Assembly: GCA_964234715.1 (NCBI GenBank)
Contig: OZ174284.1
From: Podarcis melisellensis
Lineage: Eukaryota
Reading direction: 5' to 3' (one strand)
DNA: 64,000 bases
Shown: piece after piece, positions 13,004-24,608 of the stretch
Layout of the letters: every line of letters starts with the position of its first letter
How positions within the stretch are numbered: the stretch's first letter is position 1
Notes under the pieces: model-generated
Seen by the model: the letters and a program-made list of their open reading frames with translations, nothing else
Databases searched by the model: none
What the model was told of the DNA's origin: nothing
Program-made: the position numbers and the translations under genes

Positions 13004-15179
13004 CAGTGGTGCCTCGCAAGACGAAATTAATTCGTTCCGCAAGTCTCTTCGTCTTGCGAGTTTTTCGTCTTGCGATGCACGGTTTTCCATAGGAATGCAT
13101 TGAAAATCAATTAATGCGTTCCTATGGAAAACGCCTTCCCCCGACCTCTTCTGGCGGGTGGCATTTTAAAATCACCCGGGACAGCGGAGGACTTCTCCGC
13201 TGTCCGGGGCGATTTAAAAGCCCCTGGGAAGGCAGGCAGGGGGGACAAAGGCTTTCCCGCCCCGCCGCTCGGCTTCGGGACATCGTTCCGATGCCGGGCG
13301 GCGGGGGGAGGCTTTCTCGCCCGGCCGCCCGGCTTCGGGACATCCTTCCGATGCCGGGCGGTGGGGGGAGGCGTTCCTGCCCCACCGCCCGGCATCGGAA
13401 CGATGCCCCGAAGCCGGGCGGTGGGGGGAGGCGTTCCTGCCCCACCGCCCGGCATCGGGACGATGCCCCGAAGCCGGGCGGCGGGGGGAGGCGTTCCTGC
13501 CCCACCGCCCGGCATCGGGACGATGCCCCGAAGCCGGGCGGCGGGGGGAGGCGTTCCTGCCCCACCGCCCGGCATCGGGACGATGCCCCTAAGCCGGGCG
13601 GCTGAGGGAGGCGTTCCTGCCCCACCGCCCGGCATCGGGACGATGCCCCGAAGCCGGGCGGTTGGGGGAGGCGTTCCTGCCCCACCGCCCGGCATCGGGA
13701 CGATGCCCCGAAGCCGGGCGGCGGGGGGAGGCGTTCCTGCCCCACCGCCCGGCATCGGGACGATGCCCCGAAGCCGGGCGGCTGGGGGAGGCGTTCCTGC
13801 CCCACCGCCCGGCATCGGGACGATGCCCCGAAGCCGGGCGGCTGGGGGAGGCGTTCCTGCCCCACCGCCCGGCATCGGGACGATGCCCCGAAGCCGGGCG
13901 GCTGGGGGAGGCGTTCCTGCCCCACCGCCCGGCATCGGGACGATGCCCCGAAGCCGGGCGGCTGGGGGAGGCGTTCCTGCCCCACTTCCCGGCATCGGGA
14001 CGATGCCCCGAAGCCGGGCGGCTGGGGGAGGCGTTCCTGCCCCACCGCCCGGCATCGGGACGATGCCCCGAAGCCGGGCGGCTGGGGGAGGCGTTCCTGC
14101 CCCACCGCCCGGCATCGGGACGATGCCCCGAAGCCGGGCGGCGGGGGGAGGCGTTCCTGCCCCACTTCCTGGCATCGGGACGATGCCCCGAAGCCGGGCG
14201 GCGGGGGGAGGCTTTCCCGCCCGGCCGCCCGGCTTCGGGACATCGTTCCGATGCCGGGCGGCGGGGGGAGGCTTTCCCGCCCCGTCGCCCGGCATCGGGA
14301 CATGGTTCCGATGCCGGGCGGCGGGGGGAGGCTTTCCCGCCCCGTCGCCCGGCATCGGGACATGGTTCCGATGCCGGGCGGCGGGGGGAGGCTTTCCCGC
14401 CCCGTCGCCCGGCATCGGGACATGGTTCCGATGCCGGGCGGCGGAGGGAGGCTTTCCCGCCCCGTCGCCCGGCATCGGGACATGGTTCCGATGCCAGGCG
14501 GCGGGGGGAGGCTTTCTCGCCCCGTCGCCCGGCATCAGGACGATGCCCCGAAGCCGGGCGGCGAGGGGAGGCTTTCCCGCCCCGTCGCCCGGCATCGGGA
14601 CATGGTTCCGATGCCGGGCGGCGAGGGGAGGCTTTCTCGCCCCGTCGCCCGGCATCGGGACGATGCCCCGAAGCCGGGCGGCGGGGGGAGGCGTTCCTGC
14701 CCGGCCGCCCTGCATCGGGACGATGCCCCGATGCCGGGCGGCGGGGGGAGGCTTCAAAAGCCATCCGGGGGCTTTTAAATCGCCCCGGACAGTCCCGGGG
14801 CGATTTAAAAGCCCCCGGTTAGGCAGGCAGGGGGGGCAAAAGTCTTTGCCCCCCCTGCCTGCCTTCAAAAGCCGTCCGGGATAGCGGGAAGCGCTTCCCT
14901 GCTATCCCGGACCGCTTTTAAAATGCTGGCGGTGGGGAGCAAAGCCTTTCGCCCCCGCCGGCCTTCCTGGACCTCTTCTGAAGTCCGGAGGGGGGAAAAA
15001 GGCTTTGCTCCCCACCGCCAGCATTTAAAAAAAGGTCCCCGAGATTTCCCTATGGGCTTTCGTCTTGCGATGCAAGCCCATAGGGAAAATCGTCTAGCGA
15101 AGCGTCGCAAAACCCGAAAAACCCTTTCGTCTTGCGGGTTTTTCGTCTTGCGAGGCATTCGTCTTGCGGGGCACCACTG
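13004..15179. mobile_element. Non-autonomous Tigger/pogo-like TIR transposon (2176 bp) containing a minisatellite
   Basis: TIRs cagtggtgcctcgcaagacgaa / ttcgtcttgcggggcaccactg; TA TSD at 13002-13003 and 15180-15181; repeated subterminal ttcgtcttgcg; no transposase ORF. Confidence 0.92.
13250..14760. repeat. 60-bp GC-rich palindromic minisatellite, ~25 copies
   Basis: Unit ccgcccggcatcgggacgatgccccgaagccgggcggcggggggaggcgttcctgcccca repeats in register with the 60-column lines. Confidence 0.97.
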
Positions 15180-15728
15180 TATATTGTTTCACTCCGACCT
15201 GGATCCCCTGCACCAGCCGGTCCCCTCTAATCAAATTCAAGAGCACCTCCAGAACTGAGATAAATAACAAAGGGGAAATCGGGCAGCCTTGTCGTGTTCC
15301 TTTTTCAATTTTAAATTCTTCTGTTACCACATTGTTAACTATCAATTTAGCTTTTTGTTCTGAATATATTGCATCGATCCCATTTTCAAAACCCCGCCCC
15401 ACTCCCATTTCTTTTAGATTTCCCTTCATAAATTTCCAAGAGATGTTGTCAAAGGCCTTCTCCGCGTCTATAAATATCAGTACTACTTTAGTGTTTATAT
15501 CTGTTTGCAAAAGTTCCAAAATGTCAATAATGTTCCTTGTGTTTGCAAACATGTGTCTGCCCGGGAGAAAGCCGGCCTGGTCTTTATGAATTACTTCATT
15601 TAAAACTCTTTTAAGTCTGCATGCTAAAACATCAGCAAATATTTTGTAATCCACATTTAGAAGGGAGATGGGGCGGTAGTTCTTAAGTTGTGTTTTTTCA
15701 GTTTCTGATTTTGGTATCAACGTGATAA

Positions 15729-16235
15729 AAGCATATTTTACATAAACTAAACCATTCAGTATTCCATTATTACATCCATCAAATCTTATTTACACTGTTG
15801 AATTTGTCTTAATGCTGCTCACGTTTTCAAATGTACACAATTTCCTCCATATATTCAATAAACATTTTCCAATCTTCTTTAAATGTATGTTCTTCTTGTT
15901 TTCTTATTCTATATGTTAGGTCTGCCACAAGCTGTACACATTCCATCAATTTAAGTTGCCATTCTTCTTTAGTTGGGGCTTTGCTTGTTTACCATTTTGG
16001 GGCAAACAAAACACAGGCCACAGTAGTGGCTTACATAAATAACCTTTTTTGATACCTGGGAATTTCTGTCTGAATTATCCCCAACAACAAGGACTCTGGG
16101 TTTTTTGGGGGGGAAGTACTTCTAAGCATTTTTTTCAATTCATTATGAATTATTTCCCAATGCTCTTTTACCCTTTTACAGGTCCACCACATATGATAGA
16201 ATGTACCCTCAGTCTCATTGCATCTCCAGCAATGG
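15729..16235 (-). mobile_element. Older L1 3' fragment (ORF2 C-terminus and part of the 3' UTR), different family
   Basis: CWRCNETEGTFYHMWWTCKRVKEHW...LLGII is homologous to, but diverged from, the C-terminus at 11335-12039; frameshifted. Confidence 0.85.
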
Positions 16236-16399
16236 CAGGGCTGGCCCAAGACATTTTGGCACCTGATGTGACAAAAATAGTGCCCCCCTCCTCACCAAAG
16301 AAGAAGGGGTGGGTGAAGATCTACATCAGGAACACGAGGGAAATAAAAGTATCTCAGTCAGTAGAACATGAGATTCTTAATCTCAGGGTAATGTGTCCA

Positions 16400-16495
16400 A
16401 GCCCCACGTTGGGCAGAGGATCCTTGCATGGCAGTGGGCTGGACTAGATCATCCTCCTGGTCTCTTCCAGCTCTACAGTCCTATGATTCTATGAT
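16400..16495 (+). mobile_element. CR1 3' end fragment
   Basis: ggactagat...ttccagctctacagtcctatgattctatga tail; a similar tail occurs at ~17230-17275. Confidence 0.6.
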
Positions 16496-16663
16496 CTGCA
16501 TCAGGATCTGCTCCCCTTCTAGATCCAGCTGCCTGAGGAGGTCACTTAACGTTGCCTCATGTATTAGCATGCATGTGAAGGGATTATCACAACTTCAAGT
16601 AATCTGTTCCCAACTAAACAGAGGCTTTAAACTAACCACAAACATCTCATGCCTTGTGCAGTG

Positions 16664-17038
16664 CAGTGGTACCTCTGGTTACGTACTTAATTCGTTCCGG
16701 AGGTCCGTTCTTAACCTGAAACTGTTCTTAACCTGAAGCACCACTTTAGCTAATGGGGCCTCCTGCTGCTGCCACGCCACCGCCGCGTGATTTCTGTTCT
16801 CATCCTGAAGCAAAGTTCTTAACCCGAGGTACTATTTCTGGGTTAGCGGAGTCTGTAACCTGAAGCATATGTAACCTGAAGCGTATTTAACCCAAGGTGG
16901 CTTAGTCATGCTGGCCACGTGACCTGGAAGCTGTACACCGGCTCCCTCGGCCAATAAAGCGAGATGAGCGCCGCAACCCCAGAGTCGGCCGTGACTGGAC
17001 CTAATGGTCAGGGGTCCCTTAACCTTTACATACCACTG
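16664..17038 (+). mobile_element. Tigger-like MITE family A with interrupted right TIR
   Basis: Same family as 7003-7228; right TIR split as aaggt|SINE|taccactg. Confidence 0.88.
16899..17030 (+). mobile_element. Sauria SINE 3' fragment nested in the MITE TIR
   Basis: ggcttagtcatgctggcc...ggtcaggggtcccttaacctttac matches the 3' end of the other SINE copies. Confidence 0.88.
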
Positions 17039-18204
17039 TACAGAATCTCTGATGCCAAGGCAATCCCCTCAGGACCACAATAGAAGAGGAAAGCATTAAG
17101 TTTCTTCTCCCTCCTGTTTCAATACTGATAATTGTCAGCTCCATCCCCACCCTGAGGATATTATCTACATTTATTATTATGACTTGAGTGTCAGGATTGT
17201 GGGTTAGAGCCCCATGTTTCGCAAGAGATTCTTCCTCATGGTCCCTTCCAACTCTACAGTTCTATGATTCTATGAAGTACAATTCTCAGCCTCTCTCTCT
17301 CCTAATAGATATATATATTTCTATACTTGCCTTTGTTTGTTTACTTTTGACTCCTTACTATTTTACCTACAAAATTAAAATAGTAAAAAGTAATAATAAA
17401 AATTGAAGTACATCACTCTTCTTTCCACATTCTGCCCACACCAAGTGAGGATATAAATATTCAGATATTCCTATAGTTCTGATAAATCTATATTCATTTG
17501 CTCATATGCACATGCGACACAGCATATGTGACTGTTGTTGTTGTTGTTGTTTACAACTTTGCATCTTAACAAGAGGATAGCCACAATCTGTGTAATATTT
17601 TCACTTTCTGAGTCAGCTGAGAATTAGCACTTGCTGTTCATAGTTATTCAGAGTTTTGATATATTTTTTTAAAAAAAACAACAGACTTTTCCCTTCATGA
17701 TTTATTTCAAAGTCCTACATTTCACAAGTTTATTATGTACCAATATCCATGGTTACTTGTGCTCTCATTTCCTGTGACAACAATAATCCTATTTTCTTGT
17801 CTGGCTGTAGATTGAATCTCCAAGCATGCACTATGCATCTTTATAGCAAGTCACCAGCTGAGTTTTGTTCTGCTGTAAAATATTTTGATTACTTAATAAA
17901 GTTCAAAATAAGATAAATAAAATGGACCAATGTTTTGAGTTAAGGTTATCCTTTGACAACTAAATGAACAACAAAGAACACGAGTTGTTCATGGGGGGGG
18001 GCATATTCTGGGAAACAGTATTCCTGGAAAATCGGAAGGAAAAAACCAAAGCACCAAATTCCAGTTAACAAATGATTCAGATTTCAGTAACAGATGCTCT
18101 TATAGTCAAATGTGCACTGCAACAATATATTGTGGGGGGTTTTTTGTCAGTTCTTACATGTTTGTTAAAAACACAGCCAGAATCTTTCCAAATTTCTAAC
18201 CCAG

Positions 18205-18306
18205 GGTGCCCTCCAGATGTTTTGAAATGCAACTTCCATCACCCCTGACCACTGGCAACTCCAGCTGGAGCAGATGGGAGATGCTATCTAAAACATCTGG
18301 AGGGCA
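18205..18306. mobile_element. Degenerate palindromic hAT-type MITE
   Basis: gccctccagatgtttt...aaaacatctggagggc arms; same family as 56424 and 63356; relatives at ~2370-2490, ~19860-19970 and ~25270-25370. Confidence 0.6.
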
Positions 18307-18699
18307 TGATGTTGACTGTCTCTGTCTGAGCAGGCAGTGGCTTCTCTGCCAATCTTTATCAGCCCTGGTCCTTTCCATAAGAGACAGCAAAGATGGAATT
18401 TGTGCTTTATGCATGTGCTCTGATGCTGTACTATGATGCCAGGACAACAGAACTCTGGCCTCAGAGTAGAGTTTCTGTTTGCTATCCCAGCCCACAGTAC
18501 AACATCCTGGACCACCTGATGCCCACAGGGATTAGGATATGAGTATAACAGCACCCTCTTCACCCTCTGTATTCTGCAGAAACAAGTAGTCAAAGGAATA
18601 CTGCTTCTGAACTTAGAGTTAATATACAGCCGTTGTTTCCAGTAGTCATAGACAGTCCTATCCTAAATGAATTTGCCCCTTTAAAACCATCCAAGTAGT

Positions 18700-19330
18700 C
18701 AATGCTCTGATAACCTCCAAGTTGGACTGTTGCAATGGGCTCTATGTGGGGCTATGCTGGGCTCCCTTTGTAGGAGGGGTGGGATAGAGATTTAATAATA
18801 AAAATGAATGCATCATGGAATCTGCAGCTGCTATGGAATTTGTTGTTTGGAGCAGTGAGATGATATCATATAATATGGATCCTAAGGGAACTTGTACAGT
18901 TGTACACTTGTACTTCAAGTTGTTGGTGCTAGTGTAGAAAGAGAAAGTCCTTAAGGCCTTAGGACCCAAGTAATTGAAGGAGTACTGAATGCATTACCAA
19001 CCAATCCAGAGTTTGAAACTTTTTGGGGTTGCCCTGCTTCTGGGGCTGTGAAACACCATATAGCAGGGCCTTCTCAGTGGCAGCACCACATTTGTGGAAC
19101 TCCCTCCAAGTTCAGGTTCAGCTGTTTCCCACTTTATATTCACTCAGGAGACAGCTGAAGTCCAATTTCTACAGGCCCTTTGGAGGGTTATCAGCGGTGG
19201 GCCTATTTATCTGTGTGAAATGTTGCAGTTACGTTATTTTGCAACAAATACTGTTACAACTTTGTTTTTAATGTTGCTTTTTAAGTGTTGTGAGCTACTC
19301 TGGACTCTGTATGATAAATGCAGAGATATA
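18700..19330 (+). mobile_element. Degenerate L2 LINE fragments
   Basis: ttggactgttgcaatgggctctatgtggggct (LDYCN.LYVGL-like) and RAFSVAAPHLWNSL motifs typical of the L2 ORF2 C-terminus. Confidence 0.6.
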
Positions 19331-22127
19331 ACTAAGTAGCAAGCATCTTGTGGTAGTGAATCAGCAAAACTCGGTATCAGCAGTACAGATGTCTTGGTTT
19401 TTTAAGGTTTACGCCCCATTTGCAGTATTCTGAAAGATCGAATGTAAAGGTTTCGAAATGCCAACATACATAATCATGTGATAAAGTGTAAGACATGTTG
19501 CTGCAAGTGAAACCACACTTTCAAAATTCCTTCCAGGAACCATAAAATGATAAGCTAGTCGTCTTGTAAGAGTTGTGTGCCTGTTCTAGTCAGTAAGCAG
19601 ATGGGCATAGCAGAAGTAGAATTAGTCCAATAAAATGCGTCATACTCTAAGAGATTTGACAAGTGCACCTCATGTGCTTTACTGTAAAGTGTCTGTTACT
19701 GTAAACAATCACTCATATTCCTGTAGCCATGATGGAGTGCATATGACTGTTCTTTTTTAATTGCATGGAATGCATTTGGTCAGCGGACGAGAAACATATT
19801 TGGGCTGAGGAAAGTGCCTGGAAAAAAGGACCTAAGATAAAGATCCCTGCTGCATCAGAACAACCTGGTGCCCCCCAGATGTTCCCCATTCCTTCCACCA
19901 TTGACCGTGCTGGTTGGAGCTGATGGGAATTTGAGTTAGCATCATTTGAAAGGTCACAAGTTCACAACTCTGCTCTATATATAGCATGGCAAATTCCATT
20001 TCGATCACACTTTAAATGCAGATTTTATTAGGCTTCAATGAACTTCTGCCAGCAAAGCATCCCGAATGAAAGAAGTCTTTATCTGCTGATTGGAAGAAAT
20101 TAGTTACATTGGAGAGGGGGCAGGAGATCACACTTGGGAGCGTGACCTACATCTTAACAGAGAGGTCCGCGTCCGCTGAGGAACACTTCTGCAAACTTTC
20201 ATGATCATCGGCATCTCCATGGCAATTACTTTAATTGCTCACATGCTAAAGAATGATGCTGGGGGGGGGGGTATGTTCAGGGGACATTTTAAACTTCCCC
20301 TTAATGGAATTTAACAGTTGGATGTAAAGTGTCATCACTATGTGGCCAGCCAGCTCTCTGCAGACCACACATTTCCAAAGTGCTGTGTGCAGGTAGATGG
20401 TGCAAACAAGCAATGATGCCTTCTAGCAATCTTTTTAATAAGTTTGATTCTCCCCTATATATTTTTCAAACCAAACCTGGAATCCAATTGAATTTGCTTC
20501 CTTGGAACTCCTTAGTGGATTCTGTCAGCAATATGGATAAACTCCCTGAGGGCCCCAAAGGCAAATTAGAGGAACCTCCCCCCCCCCTTTTGGATGGTTT
20601 TGGTTTTTCTTTTCTTATCAGTTACATGCTGTCTCAAAGGAAGCCCTGAGGGGTATGTGCTAAAGACTAGCCAGAATGCAGAAGGTCATCCGCTCAATCC
20701 CTAGCTTTTCTAATGAGAAGGATTCCAGGTACCAAGGATGGAAATACCTCTTTCTAAGACCTTGGACAGCTCCTGTGAGTTACAGCGACAGTACTGGTCA
20801 AGATGAGCCAGTATAAACTATCTTCATATGTTTCCCTTGTAGCAAAAGCAGTTTCATCCAGAACAGAAAGTGGGCGGAAATGTTTTATGCATACAGTGTT
20901 CTTTTATCTTAGTCTGCCTGTATGTCATAGTCCATGAAGCTTTTGAATACATAACAAAATATGAATCTTACAAATATGTGCATAATGTTGCAACAGAAGA
21001 GGGAATTTTAGATGTCGTCATCTGCCTAGGTAAGAACATGTCGTGATAGTACTTTTAAGGAAACCAAGCAGTTTTCAAATAATGAAATGTTTGCTTGCAA
21101 TGTTTACTGACAAGGGCAGCTGCTAAAATAGCAGACTCATTTAGTCAAACATCTAATTGGTTGCCTGTTTTGGATGTGTCCCAGTTATTTAACTTACTAT
21201 CCGATGTATGTTTCAGTAGATCAAAAGCCTGCATTTAAATAAAATAAAAAGATTTATAGCAAGGGCAGAATCAAAGTTGTCTTGACTTATGCTAATAAGG
21301 AATGAGACTGGTCAATGTTTCCAGATTTAAGCCTTTTAGTATTTGCATTTGTATTTTGCATCTCTTCTACTGATTTGAAAAGGCAATAAGGCTGGAATCT
21401 AATACCCACTGAACTTGGCAGGGCATAATTCTGAGTAAACATGCATATTGTTGCATGCCACCCCACTCTCCGAAGGGTGTGAGATTCCAGGAGTTTGAGG
21501 CACTTACCCAGGGTTTGGTTTCCTCAGAATGAGGGACAACAGAGACTGTGGTGTCTTTAGGATATATGGCTTATTTTTACACACACACACACCCTAAGCC
21601 TGTGATGGAGGGGCTCATAGCATCAACATCCCAAGAGAGCCTTGCTTCTCCCACAGCCACAGCCTTGGAATCCAGCAGAAATCGGGCATGGCTTTGTTTT
21701 GCAACTGCCCAGCCTGCAGCTTTGCTTCTGCCTTCTAGCTCACAGCTCTGGCCTTTGTCTTTCTAAATACCAGTTGAGTTGAAGGAGGGGAGCGGTGGAA
21801 CCCATTTGCCTTGAGGACACAGAGCCACTTCCTTTCTTACCATAATGGCCCATTACCTCACCAGGAAGACAGCCTGGCTGTTCCAGGAATTGAATCGGTG
21901 CTGGATCCAGGAATTAAAAAGGGGCACAGGCATACAACTCATAAGGATATGGTCGCACTGCTTATCTCTTGTGCCTATGTCCACTTCGCAAGCTTCCCAC
22001 AAGCATCTGGTTGGCGACTGTGAGAATAATGATGGAGTGGATGGGCCATTGGCCTGATCCAGCCAGCTTGTCCTACGTTCTTATTTTTTCAGTGCAACCT
22101 GCCGTTACCCCTCTCTTGTAGCAGTAT

Positions 22128-22478
22128 AAAGGTAAAGGTAAAGGGACCCCTGACCATTAGGTCCAGTCACGGACGACTCTGGGGTTGCGGTGCTCATCTC
22201 GCTTTATTGGCCGAGGGAGCCAGCGTACAGCTTCCGGGTCATGTGGCCAGCATGACTAAGCCGCTTCTGGCGAACCAGAGCAGCGCACGGAAACGCCGTT
22301 TACCTTCCTGCCAGAGTGGTACCTATTTATCTACTTGCACTTTGATGTGCTTTTGAACTGCTAGGTTGGCAGGAGCAGGGACCGAGCAACGGGAGCTCAC
22401 CCTATCATGGGGATTCAAACCGCCGACCTTCTGATCGGCAAGTCCTAGGCTCTGTGATTTAACCCACAGCACCGTCCC
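22128..22478 (-). mobile_element. Sauria SINE, near full length
   Basis: Very similar to 9762-10124; imperfect flanks gcagtata/gcaatata. Confidence 0.92.
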
Positions 22479-23447
22479 TGCCACAAAAAGGCAATATATA
22501 TTGAGAGTGTTTTTAAATCAGATCTGACCTTCAAAGCAAAGTCACAAAGAATATTAATTGTTTCAATATGTATTATCTACACTTAAGAGGAATGACTTCC
22601 TGCTATTTCGCCTTGAGCTATGCTTTGAGGTAACCCAAGGAGGAAGAGTAACACATGGCATGGCTCTGTCTCCCTGTTTACAAGCAAAGTCCCCCTTTCA
22701 AATAAACAACCATTAGCAAAACAATAGGGGCTTCTAATCTTATTAATCCTCTGGAAGATTGCAGTGATTGTGTGGCATGAATAAAGCAACTGCTGGCTTG
22801 CGTCTCTGTTTTTTTGCAGTATAAAAGGGAGAAGAAGCATATGACCCCCTTTCCCGTCTCATGTGGAGTGGAGCATGTGAATAGATTTGCTATAGGATGT
22901 GTAAAAAGGTTACTGCTTTGAGCTGCTGTCCTCCAGCTAGTGCTGGATAGACAGATCCACATGTTTCCTATGCAGGACTCGCCTCTCAGTGGACTGCATC
23001 TACTCCTTTCAGGATCCTTCCTAGCAGACAAGTAAGTGCACTCTAAAATATGCATGAGGGTGGCATGTGGTCTCTGTCCATAATTGTCTATAGAATTACA
23101 GCGATCTCTGCAGAAATAGCTGGAGTGCAGTGTGGGCATGACGTATATTGTAAATGGCAGATCATTATTCTGAGCACACAATGCACTGTGTGTTGCCTGC
23201 TTGTGTGCCTTTTGTGCTTCTCGAACTAGTCCTCATTCTGAAGAGATGGAGAAACTGTTTGGGTTATGCTAACAGATTGGGAGGGAGGCATGATAGTACG
23301 CAGTGCAGAGAAAGTCACTGTCACACAAGTGATAGCAAAAAAAAGGAGGGGGGAGATACCAGCCTTATAATATTTGTGTCAGCCATCTTAAGTCCTGGCA
23401 ATGAAATCTTCCGACTGCAGAACATTCACAGAAAATGTTCCACATTC

Positions 23448-23497
23448 ATTATTATATTATATTATATTATATTATATTAATTATATTATATTATATT
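23448..23497. repeat. (ATATT)n microsatellite
   Basis: Directly visible. Confidence 0.9.
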
Positions 23498-24409
23498 GGC
23501 TTAGGTATGACACAGTTTACAGAAAGTGACCACTTTCCTGGAATATTTGAAGGGGAAAACAGGAGGCACCCTTTCAGTAAACACCTACCTTAAAGTTTTC
23601 ATCTAAAAACCAGTGGAGGGAGCATTTTTGTGTGTGCTATGCTTTGGTGCTTCTGTGAAAGTACACACCCATTATTTTCCACCTTCTCTTTGCCTATAAC
23701 ATGCATGCTCACAATGAACATTTTGCTGCAGAATAAACTTCCACACTTGCATATCTCCACATGTTAGTAGGCACATTCAGAAGTTACAGCTGTGCTTCAG
23801 GGCTGCACTTCCACAGAGAAATTTACATAGATGTGCACAAGGCTTACAGAAGTCACTGGCTATTAAAAAAAAAACTCCTCTTGCTACAAATCAGAAAGGG
23901 TAAATGGTTTGGCAAAAATTCAGTGATAGCTTTCCCATTTACAAAGCAATAAAATAGGACAAAAGATTCTACTACAAGCACATTTGTGAAAGGCGGTTTG
24001 GTCATTTCTTGGCACTATTTCAGTCTGGGGTTTGTCGCTTGCTTCATGATTTGGTAATTTAATTGAAGTTGGGGGTTTGTGGCACTATCAAATTCTGCGG
24101 ATATGAAAAAGTATGGATTCGTTTTTTGCAAACAGTTTGGTTACATTTTCTTTGGGGAATTTGGAATCAAATTTGGTTTTGCCTATACAAGTTATATTTC
24201 TAAGTGGCACATAGCTTATAATGCAGATTCAAGAACCTAGTCAATGAAAGGGATTGAGGTCACATTTGGATTATTGCACTGTGTGAAATCCATAGCATCC
24301 ATTCATATGGTGGGAGATGTAGGAGTGTTTTAAGTCGGGTAAAGTCGATGGAATGACTCAGTAATGGAATTGGATGGTGCAGAATAGGTTAGGAAGGGAA
24401 GACTGGCCG

Positions 24410-24608
24410 CAATGGCTGTGCTGTCTCCACTGTCAGAGGCAACATGTCTCTAAATGCCAATCGCTGGGAATCGCAAGTGGGGATAGTGCTCTTTTGCTCA
24501 GGTCCTGCTTATGGGCTTCCTATAGGCATCTGGTTAGCCACTGTCAGAACAAGATGCTGGACTAGATGGGCCATTATCCTGATCCAGAAGGTGGTTCTTA
24601 TGTTCTTA
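24410..24608 (+). mobile_element. CR1 3' UTR fragment
   Basis: gccactgtcagaacaagatgctggactagatgggcc...tcttatgttctta tail; a related fragment lies at ~21950-22085. Confidence 0.6.

Larger units (their letters stand above)
11335..15720 (-). pseudogene. L1 ORF2 (reverse transcriptase) pseudogene
   Basis: ORFs 15094..15720, 12097..12972 and 11335..12039 join into one frame after removing 13004-15179 plus one TA; one TAG remains at 12097-12099; the endonuclease domain is missing. Confidence 0.9.
11030..15728 (-). mobile_element. 5'-truncated L1-clade LINE (RT, C-terminal Cys region, 3' UTR) interrupted by a DNA transposon
   Basis: Motifs NYRPISLLNVDYK, DAEKAFD, GTRQGCPISPLLF, FADD, KYLG, GGFALPDLRLYYEA, CWKC...HLWWTC; AATAAA near 11051-11056 (-) and an A/TA-rich tail. 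Confidence 0.95.

Noticed and set aside
13250-14760. CRISPR-like array
   Set aside because: Units are tandem with no unique spacers, there are no cas genes, and the context is vertebrate.
13111-14884. Long ORFs (585, 586, 453, 391, 386 aa) as protein-coding genes
   Set aside because: By-products of a stop-free 60-bp tandem repeat, open on both strands, inside a TIR element; no domain and no splice context.
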